This document shows, one piece after another, positions 8,204-17,430 of a stretch of 20,800 bases of DNA. The position numbers and the translations under genes were made by a program. Source of the stretch: a virus (lineage: Duplodnaviria; Heunggongvirae; Uroviricota; Caudoviricetes); IMG/VR virus record IMGVR_UViG_3300033146_000394, positions 64,001 through 84,800 of that record, one strand, 5' to 3'. The notes below the pieces were generated by a model. It did not search any database, had not been told where the DNA came from, and was given only the letters and a program-made list of their open reading frames with translations. Numbering within the stretch: the first letter of the stretch is position 1; the number at the start of each line of letters is the position of its first letter.

Positions 8204-10600
8204 TTATAACCAATTTTTATTATAATAATTAGTTGCTTTTATTGTTTTTGTCGCATTATCTGCTAATATTAAAAATTGTGATTCTTTTATAATATTTTCT
8301 TTTATTATATTTTTAATCATTAATTCTGGTATAATATCATTAAATATTCTTAGATTTGAATATTTAATATTTGAACCTTTTATTTGTAATTTAGTATCAA
8401 TATTAAATTCAACTGGTTCAATTGTTGTTGATTTTTCATTTAATAATATCAAATCTGTTGATTTTGTTGATTGTACGTTGCTTACTGGTTTAAATCCATC
8501 TGAAATAACACTATATGTATCAGCACTATTAGATACATCTACTAATTTTCTTTCATGGGATTGTTCATTTATATAAACTACTTGTATATTTCCATTTCGA
8601 GTATATAGTTTCATATCTAAATTATGTTGCTGTTGATTTAAATTAATAACACCTATATACCAAATATTTGTTAATAATTTTTCTTCTAAATTATATGTCA
8701 TATCATTAAGTTTCATGATTAAATTTGTTCCATTATAATATATATCATAACCTAAATCATCTTTATAATTATTTAATAAATTAAATTTTTGATTTGTTGG
8801 TACACTATAAGCATTAAATAATTTATTTGATATTCTTGAGTTTTCATCATATTCATTATTTATTTTAAACCAAAATATAAAACTCCTATTATCTGATTTG
8901 ATTAATTTATCTCCTTTTTTATAATCAATTGCGACTTTATTATATAATGATTTATTTGATAAATTATATATACTTTTTACTGGTGTAAAATCATCAATAA
9001 TTAGTGTTTCTTGTTCAATATCAACACCATTATATATTTTATGTCTTATAAAATCCATTGTGGTTGGTTTCATTTGGATTTTATTTGAAATTTTATCATT
9101 TTCAGCATCAATTTCATTTTGAAATAAATCATCAATTGTTGAGTTATCTGTTAATTCATCAATTAATTTTTTACTTTCTTGATGAACATTACGTATATTT
9201 GTTTTATATTCATATTTTTCTAATATTATTTTATAATATGTTGCAGCATTCATAATATCTTTAAATGCTTGTGCGTGTTTAATATAATATAGCATATTTG
9301 TTTGACATATATCAATAATATCATCTTCTGCTGGTCTTCTAGTTATACCAAATGTTTTTTTAAATTCATCTTTCATAATATGTATTTCAAATGTATCGAA
9401 TAAATCTAAATTAAAATTATTGATTATTACAGATTCTACTGGAAATTTATTATCTGGTACAATAATTCTTAATCGCTTAACATCAACAATATTTTTTAGG
9501 GTATATTCGTGTAACATTACATCCTCACCATTCCCATCTGGGTCAGTGATATGATAATTAACATCCCAACCAAACATTTCTGTAATTTGATTCCCTAACA
9601 TATTTGCAAAATCAGTAATATTCTTTTGATTATATGGATTCCAATAACTCCCACTATTAGATGCATTTTCTTTATCTAATTCATTTGCTGTGTTTTCACT
9701 ATATGAAGAGCACGAATTTAAAAATTCTGAACAATTGCTATTGTTATTATTATATCCACCATTTCCATTATTACTCCCATTATCCCCACCACCATTCATA
9801 GCAGCAACAACACAATCTTCTTTTAAACCATATTTATTTGTTTTTAAATAATTAGCTGACACATTTTGAAAATCACCAACCAATAAAATATCATATACTA
9901 TTAATGGTGTTCCTAAATTTTTAATCAAATATTCTACTTTTGCAAATCTTAATGGGTTTAATTTAGTAGCAGCAATATTTTCTGTTGTTAGTGGTGTCCA
10001 TTTAGTATATGTTCTATTATTATCTTGTGTAAACCTATATTTAATATCAACATTATTATGATTAGATAATAAATTATAATCTTCTAATTTAAATATTTTA
10101 TAAATATCTTCTGGTGCTAAAATTATTTCATCTCCAGAATTTGGTAAAATGAATGTTTCGTCAGTTGTATTTAAAACATATTCCCCACTAATTTTGATAT
10201 TATTTACTTCTAAAATAGAAGTATTAGGAATACCATTATCAACAGTAATAATATAATATAATTCTAATATCAATTCTTTTTCTGGATCAATAACATCATT
10301 AATAGTATCAATATTTTCTACACCCATACAAGAAAAAGTTAATCCACTATTTATAATATCATTTAATGGTATAAGTTCACTCCAAACATCACCATATTTA
10401 TATTTTAAAAATTTAGTAAAATATTTGTTTTTAGATTCATTAAATGTATCATCACTAAATGTTTTTATATCAATTATACCCTTAACAGACTCTGATCTAA
10501 ATTTATAACCATTATCCTCTATTTTTTGAGGTCCATCATACCAATTTATAGAATATGTTTCATCTATTTTTTTGCTAAATATATATTTTAAGTTGGGCAT
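8204..10600 (-). CDS. Extended neck/head-completion protein (T4 gp14-like core, N-terminal beta domain, C-terminal LamG-like domain)
   Basis: Core about 9200-9650: FGWDVNY...D...HEYTL...F...NNFNLDLFDTFEIHIMKDEFKKTFG...PAEDDII....NMLYYIKHAQ...YYKIILEKYE follows the gp14 pattern. C-terminal SFIFWFKIN...IWYIGVIN...YSNLRIFNDII is LamG/ConA-like. Confidence 0.6.
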   Translation of the reverse strand: MPNLKYIFSKKIDETYSINWYDGPQKIEDNGYKFRSESVKGIIDIKTFSDDTFNESKNKYFTKFLKYKYGDVWSELIPLNDIINSGLTFSCMGVENIDTINDVIDPEKELILELYYIITVDNGIPNTSILEVNNIKISGEYVLNTTDETFILPNSGDEIILAPEDIYKIFKLEDYNLLSNHNNVDIKYRFTQDNNRTYTKWTPLTTENIAATKLNPLRFAKVEYLIKNLGTPLIVYDILLVGDFQNVSANYLKTNKYGLKEDCVVAAMNGGGDNGSNNGNGGYNNNNSNCSEFLNSCSSYSENTANELDKENASNSGSYWNPYNQKNITDFANMLGNQITEMFGWDVNYHITDPDGNGEDVMLHEYTLKNIVDVKRLRIIVPDNKFPVESVIINNFNLDLFDTFEIHIMKDEFKKTFGITRRPAEDDIIDICQTNMLYYIKHAQAFKDIMNAATYYKIILEKYEYKTNIRNVHQESKKLIDELTDNSTIDDLFQNEIDAENDKISNKIQMKPTTMDFIRHKIYNGVDIEQETLIIDDFTPVKSIYNLSNKSLYNKVAIDYKKGDKLIKSDNRSFIFWFKINNEYDENSRISNKLFNAYSVPTNQKFNLLNNYKDDLGYDIYYNGTNLIMKLNDMTYNLEEKLLTNIWYIGVINLNQQQHNLDMKLYTRNGNIQVVYINEQSHERKLVDVSNSADTYSVISDGFKPVSNVQSTKSTDLILLNEKSTTIEPVEFNIDTKLQIKGSNIKYSNLRIFNDIIPELMIKNIIKENIIKESQFLILADNATKTIKATNYYNKNWL

Positions 10601-10649
10601 ATTTTCAAGAATTTAATTTAATATATATATAAAACAAACATTTTAGAAA

Positions 10650-12512
10650 ATGAGAATAAAGAAAAATAGCTTATTACCACCAACAAGCAACGAAATTACA
10701 TTTAATAATAATTGTTTAATAGCAAGGGAAGGACCAAATATTTCAGGTAAATTATCATTGTCAAGTATGTTAGTAAAATATGATTCGTTTTTCTCTTCAA
10801 CAATGATATTACAACCAAAAGATAAATATAAACCAATAATGTATGGTTTCTTGGGAACAAATGTTACATTTGTTGCAATTATACCAGATTACAATATTAA
10901 TCCACAAATGTGTCCAGGGGATAATTTTATTGAATATTATTATGAAGATCAACCACTTGTAACTAGAATATTTACAGATATTCTAATTTTATCTGGGAAT
11001 GAAGCACACAGAATACCCCAATTATATGTTTATAATCCAAGTGATAATGTTGTAACATTGAATATTATGGTAGCAAATGTTGATAATAATGAAATAAGTA
11101 CTATACTTAATCCTGAATTTGAAGTTATTAGTGGATTAGCATATAATTCAATAATTAGTAATAAAATAGAAAACCCAACATGTACTGGCTCAACACAATT
11201 TGAAATATTAGATTTAACAGACAATATACAAATGATAATAGATTATTCTACAATTGATATAATGGAGATAAAAGATAATGTAATTACTATCACAACAACA
11301 TCTGATACTCCAATTAAATTAGAATTTTTAAATAATTTTAATGCAAATCAAGCATTTTCGAGAATGAATTGGGTATATGAAAGTCAAGCATTTAGGTTCT
11401 TAACAAAAACATATCCACATATTGATATAACACCACCATTAATTACGTGGAATACTACATATGGTGATAATGAAATAAATCCATTAAGAATAAATATTGG
11501 TGGTTCAACACAATACCCTATTACTAAGAATTTTCTAATAAATCAATTTATTGATAAAGTAGAAGATTATGATGGTAATAATTCACCAGTAGAATTTATA
11601 AGTAAATATGATGGTATTGTTATTATACAAGATATTAATAATGGATTAATGATAGATGAAATAGTAAAAGATGGTAGATATAATGTGACATTTACATATC
11701 AAGATATAGCTACAAATAAAGTTAATAAAACAAGATATGTGGTTATTGATTCACTTGGTCCAGAAATAAGATTCACACCAAATGTATCAGATATATATCC
11801 AAATATTACTATGAATTTAGCTGATACAACACAAACACCAAACACAATATGTTATAATGATTTATTAAGACACACTGTTGATTCTGTTTGGGATGATGTA
11901 GATGGTTATATAGATAAAACAGATCAAGAGTATTTTTCTATTCATGTTTTATCAGGAGGTACACCAATAAATACCCCAAGTGGTATTACGTGTGTTGATG
12001 GTATAACACAAAAAGGTGATTATGATTTAATTTATACTGCAAAAGATACAGGTAATAATTGGACAATTATAACAGGTAATACATTAAAAGTTATTGATGA
12101 TAGACCAATTGTTATATTCAATAATAATGCAAATGGCTCAACAATTACAATGAGTGGATTATTACAATATACATATACTGATATTAGAAATTATTCATTA
12201 GCATCAGTAACTAGTGTGTATGGTACAAACATAGATTACAATAAAATAGAATTATTTATGCCAAATGATTTAAGTGGAACATCATATATAGCAACATCTG
12301 GTGAAACTGGTTATAATATTTCAGATATACACTCTAATGGTGGTTTTATTACTCAATATGTTGTAACAAGTGGTGTAACATCTAATATAATTGAACCATT
12401 TTTAAGAAGTGATACTATAATAAATGATTTAGGAGAATATGAAGTAATATTTATTGTTGTTGATAGTGAGGGTCACAGTATAACACATACTAAAAAACTG
12501 ATAATAGTATAA
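10650..12512 (+). CDS. Virion structural protein with C-terminal Ig-like (HYR/DUF5011-type) repeats
   Basis: DITPPLIT, DSLGPEIRF and DDRPIVIF domain starts with DGRYNVTFTYQDIATN, KGDYDLIYTAKDTGNN and GEYEVIFIVVDSEGH ends. Confidence 0.6.
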   Translation: MRIKKNSLLPPTSNEITFNNNCLIAREGPNISGKLSLSSMLVKYDSFFSSTMILQPKDKYKPIMYGFLGTNVTFVAIIPDYNINPQMCPGDNFIEYYYEDQPLVTRIFTDILILSGNEAHRIPQLYVYNPSDNVVTLNIMVANVDNNEISTILNPEFEVISGLAYNSIISNKIENPTCTGSTQFEILDLTDNIQMIIDYSTIDIMEIKDNVITITTTSDTPIKLEFLNNFNANQAFSRMNWVYESQAFRFLTKTYPHIDITPPLITWNTTYGDNEINPLRINIGGSTQYPITKNFLINQFIDKVEDYDGNNSPVEFISKYDGIVIIQDINNGLMIDEIVKDGRYNVTFTYQDIATNKVNKTRYVVIDSLGPEIRFTPNVSDIYPNITMNLADTTQTPNTICYNDLLRHTVDSVWDDVDGYIDKTDQEYFSIHVLSGGTPINTPSGITCVDGITQKGDYDLIYTAKDTGNNWTIITGNTLKVIDDRPIVIFNNNANGSTITMSGLLQYTYTDIRNYSLASVTSVYGTNIDYNKIELFMPNDLSGTSYIATSGETGYNISDIHSNGGFITQYVVTSGVTSNIIEPFLRSDTIINDLGEYEVIFIVVDSEGHSITHTKKLIIV

Positions 12513-12516
12513 TATA

Positions 12517-13269
12517 ATGGTATATGATTTAAATAATTTTGTAAAGACACCAAACCCTGGCGATAGGGTAATATTTATTTACGATCCAAATAATGTCGTC
12601 ACTATGACGATAGATCCATTTTCTTCAACATTTTTCCATAAATCAAAATACGTATATGTATTGACTGATGGTAGAATGGATATTAATAATGTGTTAGAAT
12701 TTGGGTCAGTTAATATTGCAGTTGATGCAGTTGCAAAATTAAATGATGTAAAAAAACAATTTATTGATGGTCTTAGTGACCAATGTGGTCTTGACCCAAA
12801 TTATTTTACTAGTGGTGAAACAGAACAGCGATATGTAAATATAGTTGGTGATACAATGACTGGAAATTTAGCAATAACTCCACTTAGTTTTTTTGGGGGG
12901 GATATGTATGAAAAAAATACAAATATAGATTCGAGTGGTAAGCTTATAATTGGAAATCAATTTAGGATACAAAAAACTAATGTTAATTCATCTATATTTG
13001 TTGATAGCTTTTTAAAAACGGAGTCATATTCAACATTGTGGTTTTATACTGTAAAGGATGGTGTTAATTTAAGAACTGGGCAAATATCTGCAGTTTGGGA
13101 AGATACTGGTAATGAAATTGCTTTTTCTCATACTACAACAAATTCAATAAATAATACAAATAATATTGATTTTACAGTCGATATGGATAATGGTAATAAT
13201 TATGTTAGATTATTCGCAACAGTTACATCTGGTGATTGGAAAATTAGAATTTTAAGAATATTCATATAA
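12517..13269 (+). CDS. Virion structural protein, paralogous at its C-terminus to the downstream fibre protein
   Basis: RYVNIVGDTMTGNLAITPLS fibre motif and ~90-aa C-terminal domain (W.Y.V..G..LR.G.I.AVW...W.I...R) shared with 13334..15979. Confidence 0.65.
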   Translation: MVYDLNNFVKTPNPGDRVIFIYDPNNVVTMTIDPFSSTFFHKSKYVYVLTDGRMDINNVLEFGSVNIAVDAVAKLNDVKKQFIDGLSDQCGLDPNYFTSGETEQRYVNIVGDTMTGNLAITPLSFFGGDMYEKNTNIDSSGKLIIGNQFRIQKTNVNSSIFVDSFLKTESYSTLWFYTVKDGVNLRTGQISAVWEDTGNEIAFSHTTTNSINNTNNIDFTVDMDNGNNYVRLFATVTSGDWKIRILRIFI

Positions 13270-13333
13270 AAAAATTTATATATAAGATATAATCTGGATA
13301 GTGAAAGATAAAAAAAAATAATTTAAAAAAAAT

Positions 13334-15979
13334 ATGGCACATGAACAAATAATTAGAAATGGATTAATTGTAGATAAGATTTTTAGCTTTTTATCTAATC
13401 CATCAGTTTTTGTAAGTGGTATTACAACATCTGGTCCACTTGTTGATCGAAGTAATATTGTTACAGAAAAAGCAATAAAATCAACAATCGAACATATCAC
13501 ATTAAGTGATTTATCTGGAGTTACCTTTGGAATAGCTAATATAGATGATATATTGGTGTTTGATGGTAATGAATGGATTTCAACTGGGTTATCATCATTG
13601 ACAGGAGATTTTTATTCTAAATCAGAAGCAGATACAAGATTTGTTAATGCAAGTGGTGATTCAATGACTGGAAATTTAACACTAAATGGTGGAAACATCG
13701 TTATGACTGGAAATGAAACAGTTGATGGGGTTGATATATCTACATTTAAATCCTCATATGATACTTTTGTTGGAACTACATATGTAAATAGAACATTAGG
13801 TCAAATATCTGATGTAACAATATCTAGTGTTGCGAATAATGATTTTATTAGATGGAATGGTTCTGCTTGGGTTAATGTAACAACATCAATAGCATTAAAT
13901 AACTATTATACTAAATCAGAAGCAGATACAAAATTTATAGATGCTACTGGTGATTCAATGACTGGAAATTTAACACTAAATGGTGGAAACATCGTTATGA
14001 CTGGAAATGAAACAGTTGATGGTGTAGATATTTCAGAATTTAAATCAAATTATGATAATAGAAGTTTATCTGGAAATACTGATGTTACATTAACATCTCC
14101 AACAAACACACAATTATTACAATATAATGGAACTGATTGGGTTAATGTTGATGCAAGTTCTGTTGTAACTAATTCATATACAAAAACAGAATCAGATAAT
14201 AAATTTGTGTTTGTTTCTGGGGATACAATGACCGGAGAATTAATTATTAATCCTTCTAGTGGAACAAAAGCATTAACAACAATAGGTGATGTAACAATTA
14301 TTGGTGATTTATATGTTTCAGGTATAACAACAACTATTGATTCTGTTAATACTACACTTAAAGATAATTTATTATTATTAAACTCTGGTGAAACTGGTGC
14401 TGGTGTATCTAATGGTACTGCTGGTTTCTTAGTAGATAGAGGAACATTAAGTGCAGTAACATTAATATATGATGAAGCAACATTTACAATAAGAGCGGGT
14501 GAAACAACATCAACAATAACGGATAATTCTATTGATTTAACACATACTGTTGCATTGGCTACTATATTGGATTATAATCAAATGACTGATAATAGTTTCA
14601 CTTTTTATAAAAAACATTCTGCAACAAATGGGATATTAATGAACCTTTCTGGTTTTACGATTGATTCTAATGGTGACTTAAAACTTGAAGGGTTGAATAT
14701 TGTAATGAATGGTACTGAAACAGTTGATGGTGTAGATATATCTACATTTAAAAGTGCTTATGATACTTTTGTTGGAACTACATATACTAATAGAAAATTA
14801 GGACAAATATCTGATGTTGTTACAACCGGAGTAGCTAATGATGATATATTAGCATATAATTCAACATCAGGAAACTGGGAATTAACAACAGTTGGAACAT
14901 TAGCTGGGGATTTCTATACTAAAATAGAATCAGATACAAGATATGTAAATGTTACTGGTGATACTATGAGTGGAAATTTAACAGTTCCAAAATTAATTGC
15001 TACAACATTAACATTAAATTCTCACAATGTTTCAGATATATTGGATGAAGATGATATGAATAGTGATTCTAATTCAGCATTAGCGACACAACAATCAATT
15101 AAAGCATATGTTGATGATTCTATTACAGCAATTGATTTAGATAAAGCGTTATCAGGATTAACAGATGTAACTATCACAAGTATTGCAGCAAATGATTTTA
15201 TTAGATGGAATGGAACTGAATGGGTAAATGTTGCAACAACAACAATACTATCAGATTATTATACTAAATCTGAATCAAATAATAGATTCTTAAATCTTGA
15301 TGGATCAGTTGCAATGACAGGTGATTTAGATATGGGTAGTCAAGCTATAACAAATGTTGGTAATGTTGATGGTGTTGATATATCAACATTAAAATCAGAT
15401 TATGATACTTTTGTTGGAACTACATATATTAATAGGACATTAACACAAATATCAGATGTAACTATTACAAGTGCAAGTGATGTAGATGTGTTAGTATATT
15501 CTGGTTCAACCTGGGTAAATAAATCTCTTACATCTCTTGTAGATGATAAATATGTAGATGTTGCCGGAGATACAATGACTGGAGATTTAACTATTACACC
15601 ATTATCTGGAACTGGTGAAAGATTAGTTACAGTTGATACAAATGGAAAATTAACAGAAAGTAATGAATATATTTATAAAGTTTCTCAATCTAGTATTGGT
15701 GCTGGTGATACAACAGTTGACACAATTGATAAATTACTTAGTAAAGGTGCAACTTGGGAATATGTTATAGATAGTGGAACAGCACTAAGAGTAGGAATAA
15801 TTACTGCAGTTTGGTCTGGAACAAATGTTGATTGGAATGAAACAACTACACCAGATGTTGGTGGTTCTACTCTTGATGTAGAATTTAAATTAGAAATAAG
15901 TGGATCAAATGTTATTATTGAAACAGTAGTGGCTAATGGAACTTGGTCAATTGATTTAAACAGACACATGATAGGATAA
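13334..15979 (+). CDS. Long tail-fibre-like protein with modular repeats
   Basis: 881 aa, Thr/Ser/Gly/Asp-rich; 6x L..(L/I)SDV.I....D.L.WNG..WVN, 6x Y.K.E.D..FV...GD.MTG.L and 4x VDGVDIS.(F/L)KS.YD modules. Confidence 0.8.
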   Translation: MAHEQIIRNGLIVDKIFSFLSNPSVFVSGITTSGPLVDRSNIVTEKAIKSTIEHITLSDLSGVTFGIANIDDILVFDGNEWISTGLSSLTGDFYSKSEADTRFVNASGDSMTGNLTLNGGNIVMTGNETVDGVDISTFKSSYDTFVGTTYVNRTLGQISDVTISSVANNDFIRWNGSAWVNVTTSIALNNYYTKSEADTKFIDATGDSMTGNLTLNGGNIVMTGNETVDGVDISEFKSNYDNRSLSGNTDVTLTSPTNTQLLQYNGTDWVNVDASSVVTNSYTKTESDNKFVFVSGDTMTGELIINPSSGTKALTTIGDVTIIGDLYVSGITTTIDSVNTTLKDNLLLLNSGETGAGVSNGTAGFLVDRGTLSAVTLIYDEATFTIRAGETTSTITDNSIDLTHTVALATILDYNQMTDNSFTFYKKHSATNGILMNLSGFTIDSNGDLKLEGLNIVMNGTETVDGVDISTFKSAYDTFVGTTYTNRKLGQISDVVTTGVANDDILAYNSTSGNWELTTVGTLAGDFYTKIESDTRYVNVTGDTMSGNLTVPKLIATTLTLNSHNVSDILDEDDMNSDSNSALATQQSIKAYVDDSITAIDLDKALSGLTDVTITSIAANDFIRWNGTEWVNVATTTILSDYYTKSESNNRFLNLDGSVAMTGDLDMGSQAITNVGNVDGVDISTLKSDYDTFVGTTYINRTLTQISDVTITSASDVDVLVYSGSTWVNKSLTSLVDDKYVDVAGDTMTGDLTITPLSGTGERLVTVDTNGKLTESNEYIYKVSQSSIGAGDTTVDTIDKLLSKGATWEYVIDSGTALRVGIITAVWSGTNVDWNETTTPDVGGSTLDVEFKLEISGSNVIIETVVANGTWSIDLNRHMIG
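13654..14022 (+). repeat. Identical 75-bp direct repeat within the fibre gene (13654-13728 and 13948-14022)
   Basis: tggtgattcaatgactggaaatttaacactaaatggtggaaacatcgttatgactggaaatgaaacagttgatgg occurs twice, offset 294 nt (98 codons). Confidence 0.95.
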
Positions 15980-15995
15980 CCTATTCAATTTAATA

Positions 15996-16035
15996 AAATA
16001 AAAAGAGAGATAAATATTTATCTCTCTTTTTATTT
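15996..16035. terminator. Bidirectional intrinsic terminator (perfect 40-bp palindrome)
   Basis: aaataaaaagagagataaat|atttatctctctttttattt lies between the convergent fibre and primase genes, with A/T tracts on both sides. Confidence 0.85.
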
Positions 16036-17260
16036 ATAATAATCTTTTAACATGAGATGTAAATACTCCATTATCATCACGAGTATAAGATACTTTATCT
16101 AAATACATCAAATCAAAATCATCTATTGAAAAAAATTCATCTAATTTTAATTTTTGTGATATATTTTGGTTTTTAGATATTCTAACTAAATCATTTAAAT
16201 CAATTATATTTTTTAAATAAAATTGTGCTTTTTGTTTATTCTTTTTTTGTAATTTTAAAAATAATTTATTCCATAAAAATACACCATATCCATCTTTTAA
16301 CATTTTAGTTGCTATTGAAATCCCAGCAGCATCATTATCATAAAAGAACCTCAAAATAATATCTTCACTAGCTTCAAGTAACGATAAAACATCATTTGTT
16401 GAATTAGCACCAATTAATCCAATCGAATTTGGAAAAAATAATGAATCAATAAAACCTTCAAATACCGACACTACTTTTTCAAAATCAACATTTAGAATAT
16501 TATACATATGAGATAATTTATTATATGCAATAGCTTCTTGTTCATCTAATGGTTCTTCTGGGTGCATATAATTATATAATTCTTCAAATTCAACAATTTT
16601 ATAAAAACGTTTACTTTTATCATCAACTAGATTTCTTAATTGAATACCAAGTATTTTATTCATACTTAAAGACATATTTAATGAAATCATAACTCTTGTT
16701 TCAAATACGTTTTTACCCTCTTTAAATACTCTATAAACTCCTTGTAATATCATTTTTGTCTTAGGTATATATCTTTCAAGATATAAATATTGTCCAACAT
16801 GTGAATTTGGTTCAACTATTTTAATATCGACCAACCAAGAATTTTTTCTATTATTAAAGTATTCCATAAAATCATCAACATCAATTAATTTATCCATCTC
16901 TTCCATAATATAATCATTATTATTATTAGTGAAAGATATATTTTCATCAATATATTTATATAGATTTATTTTCTCATTTAAATCTATTTTCTCATTGAAA
17001 TTGTCACATAATTCTGTAAATGATATTCTAGTATCACAATTAAAACATACGTATTTTGCATTTTTAAAATAAAAATTTCCTCTTTTTTTATGTCGCCCAT
17101 TCCATTTACTTGAATCCCCACAAATTGGACACGCACAATTAAACCTATCACTGAAAGGAACTATCTTCTTTTTTTCTGGTTCAGTGTGTGTTTTATCTAA
17201 AATTTTTTGTAACTTAGATTTTATATATTCTTTATTTAATTCTGTTTTTTGTTCTGACAT
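16034..17260 (-). CDS. DNA primase, T4 gp61-like
   Basis: Zn-binding RFNCACPICGDS...KKRG...YVCFNC; TOPRIM VFEGFIDSLF and FFYDND..G; C-terminal DLND. Confidence 0.88.
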   Translation of the reverse strand: MSEQKTELNKEYIKSKLQKILDKTHTEPEKKKIVPFSDRFNCACPICGDSSKWNGRHKKRGNFYFKNAKYVCFNCDTRISFTELCDNFNEKIDLNEKINLYKYIDENISFTNNNNDYIMEEMDKLIDVDDFMEYFNNRKNSWLVDIKIVEPNSHVGQYLYLERYIPKTKMILQGVYRVFKEGKNVFETRVMISLNMSLSMNKILGIQLRNLVDDKSKRFYKIVEFEELYNYMHPEEPLDEQEAIAYNKLSHMYNILNVDFEKVVSVFEGFIDSLFFPNSIGLIGANSTNDVLSLLEASEDIILRFFYDNDAAGISIATKMLKDGYGVFLWNKLFLKLQKKNKQKAQFYLKNIIDLNDLVRISKNQNISQKLKLDEFFSIDDFDLMYLDKVSYTRDDNGVFTSHVKRLL

Positions 17261-17333
17261 ATTTATTATATGATAAAAATATTAAATTGTTTTAATATAA
17301 ACTTTTTATTTTTATGTATATATAAGTGTCTCT

Positions 17334-17418
17334 GCTCGAATGGTGGAATTGGTAGACACGTTGGACTTAAAATCCAATGACTATTGCAGTCGTGCGGGTT
17401 CAAGTCCCGCTTCGAGTA
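17334..17418 (+). tRNA. trnL: tRNA-Leu (UAA)
   Basis: Acceptor gctcgaa/ttcgagt, D arm gtggaattggtagacac, anticodon arm ttgga-ctTAAaa-tccaa, long variable arm, T loop ttcaagt, A73; CCA not encoded. Confidence 0.95.
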
Positions 17419-17430
17419 CAAATATTAAAA

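Noticed and set aside
7868-11224. Short ORFs 7868..8119(+), 9058..9255(+), 11030..11224(-)
   Set aside because: Antisense shadows inside longer genes.
13276-15969. ORFs 13276..13500(-) and 15685..15969(-)
   Set aside because: Antisense to the tail-fibre gene, with no independent signals.
17334-17418. tRNA-Leu as an integration (att) site
   Set aside because: No integrase and no duplicated tRNA 3' end in the window.
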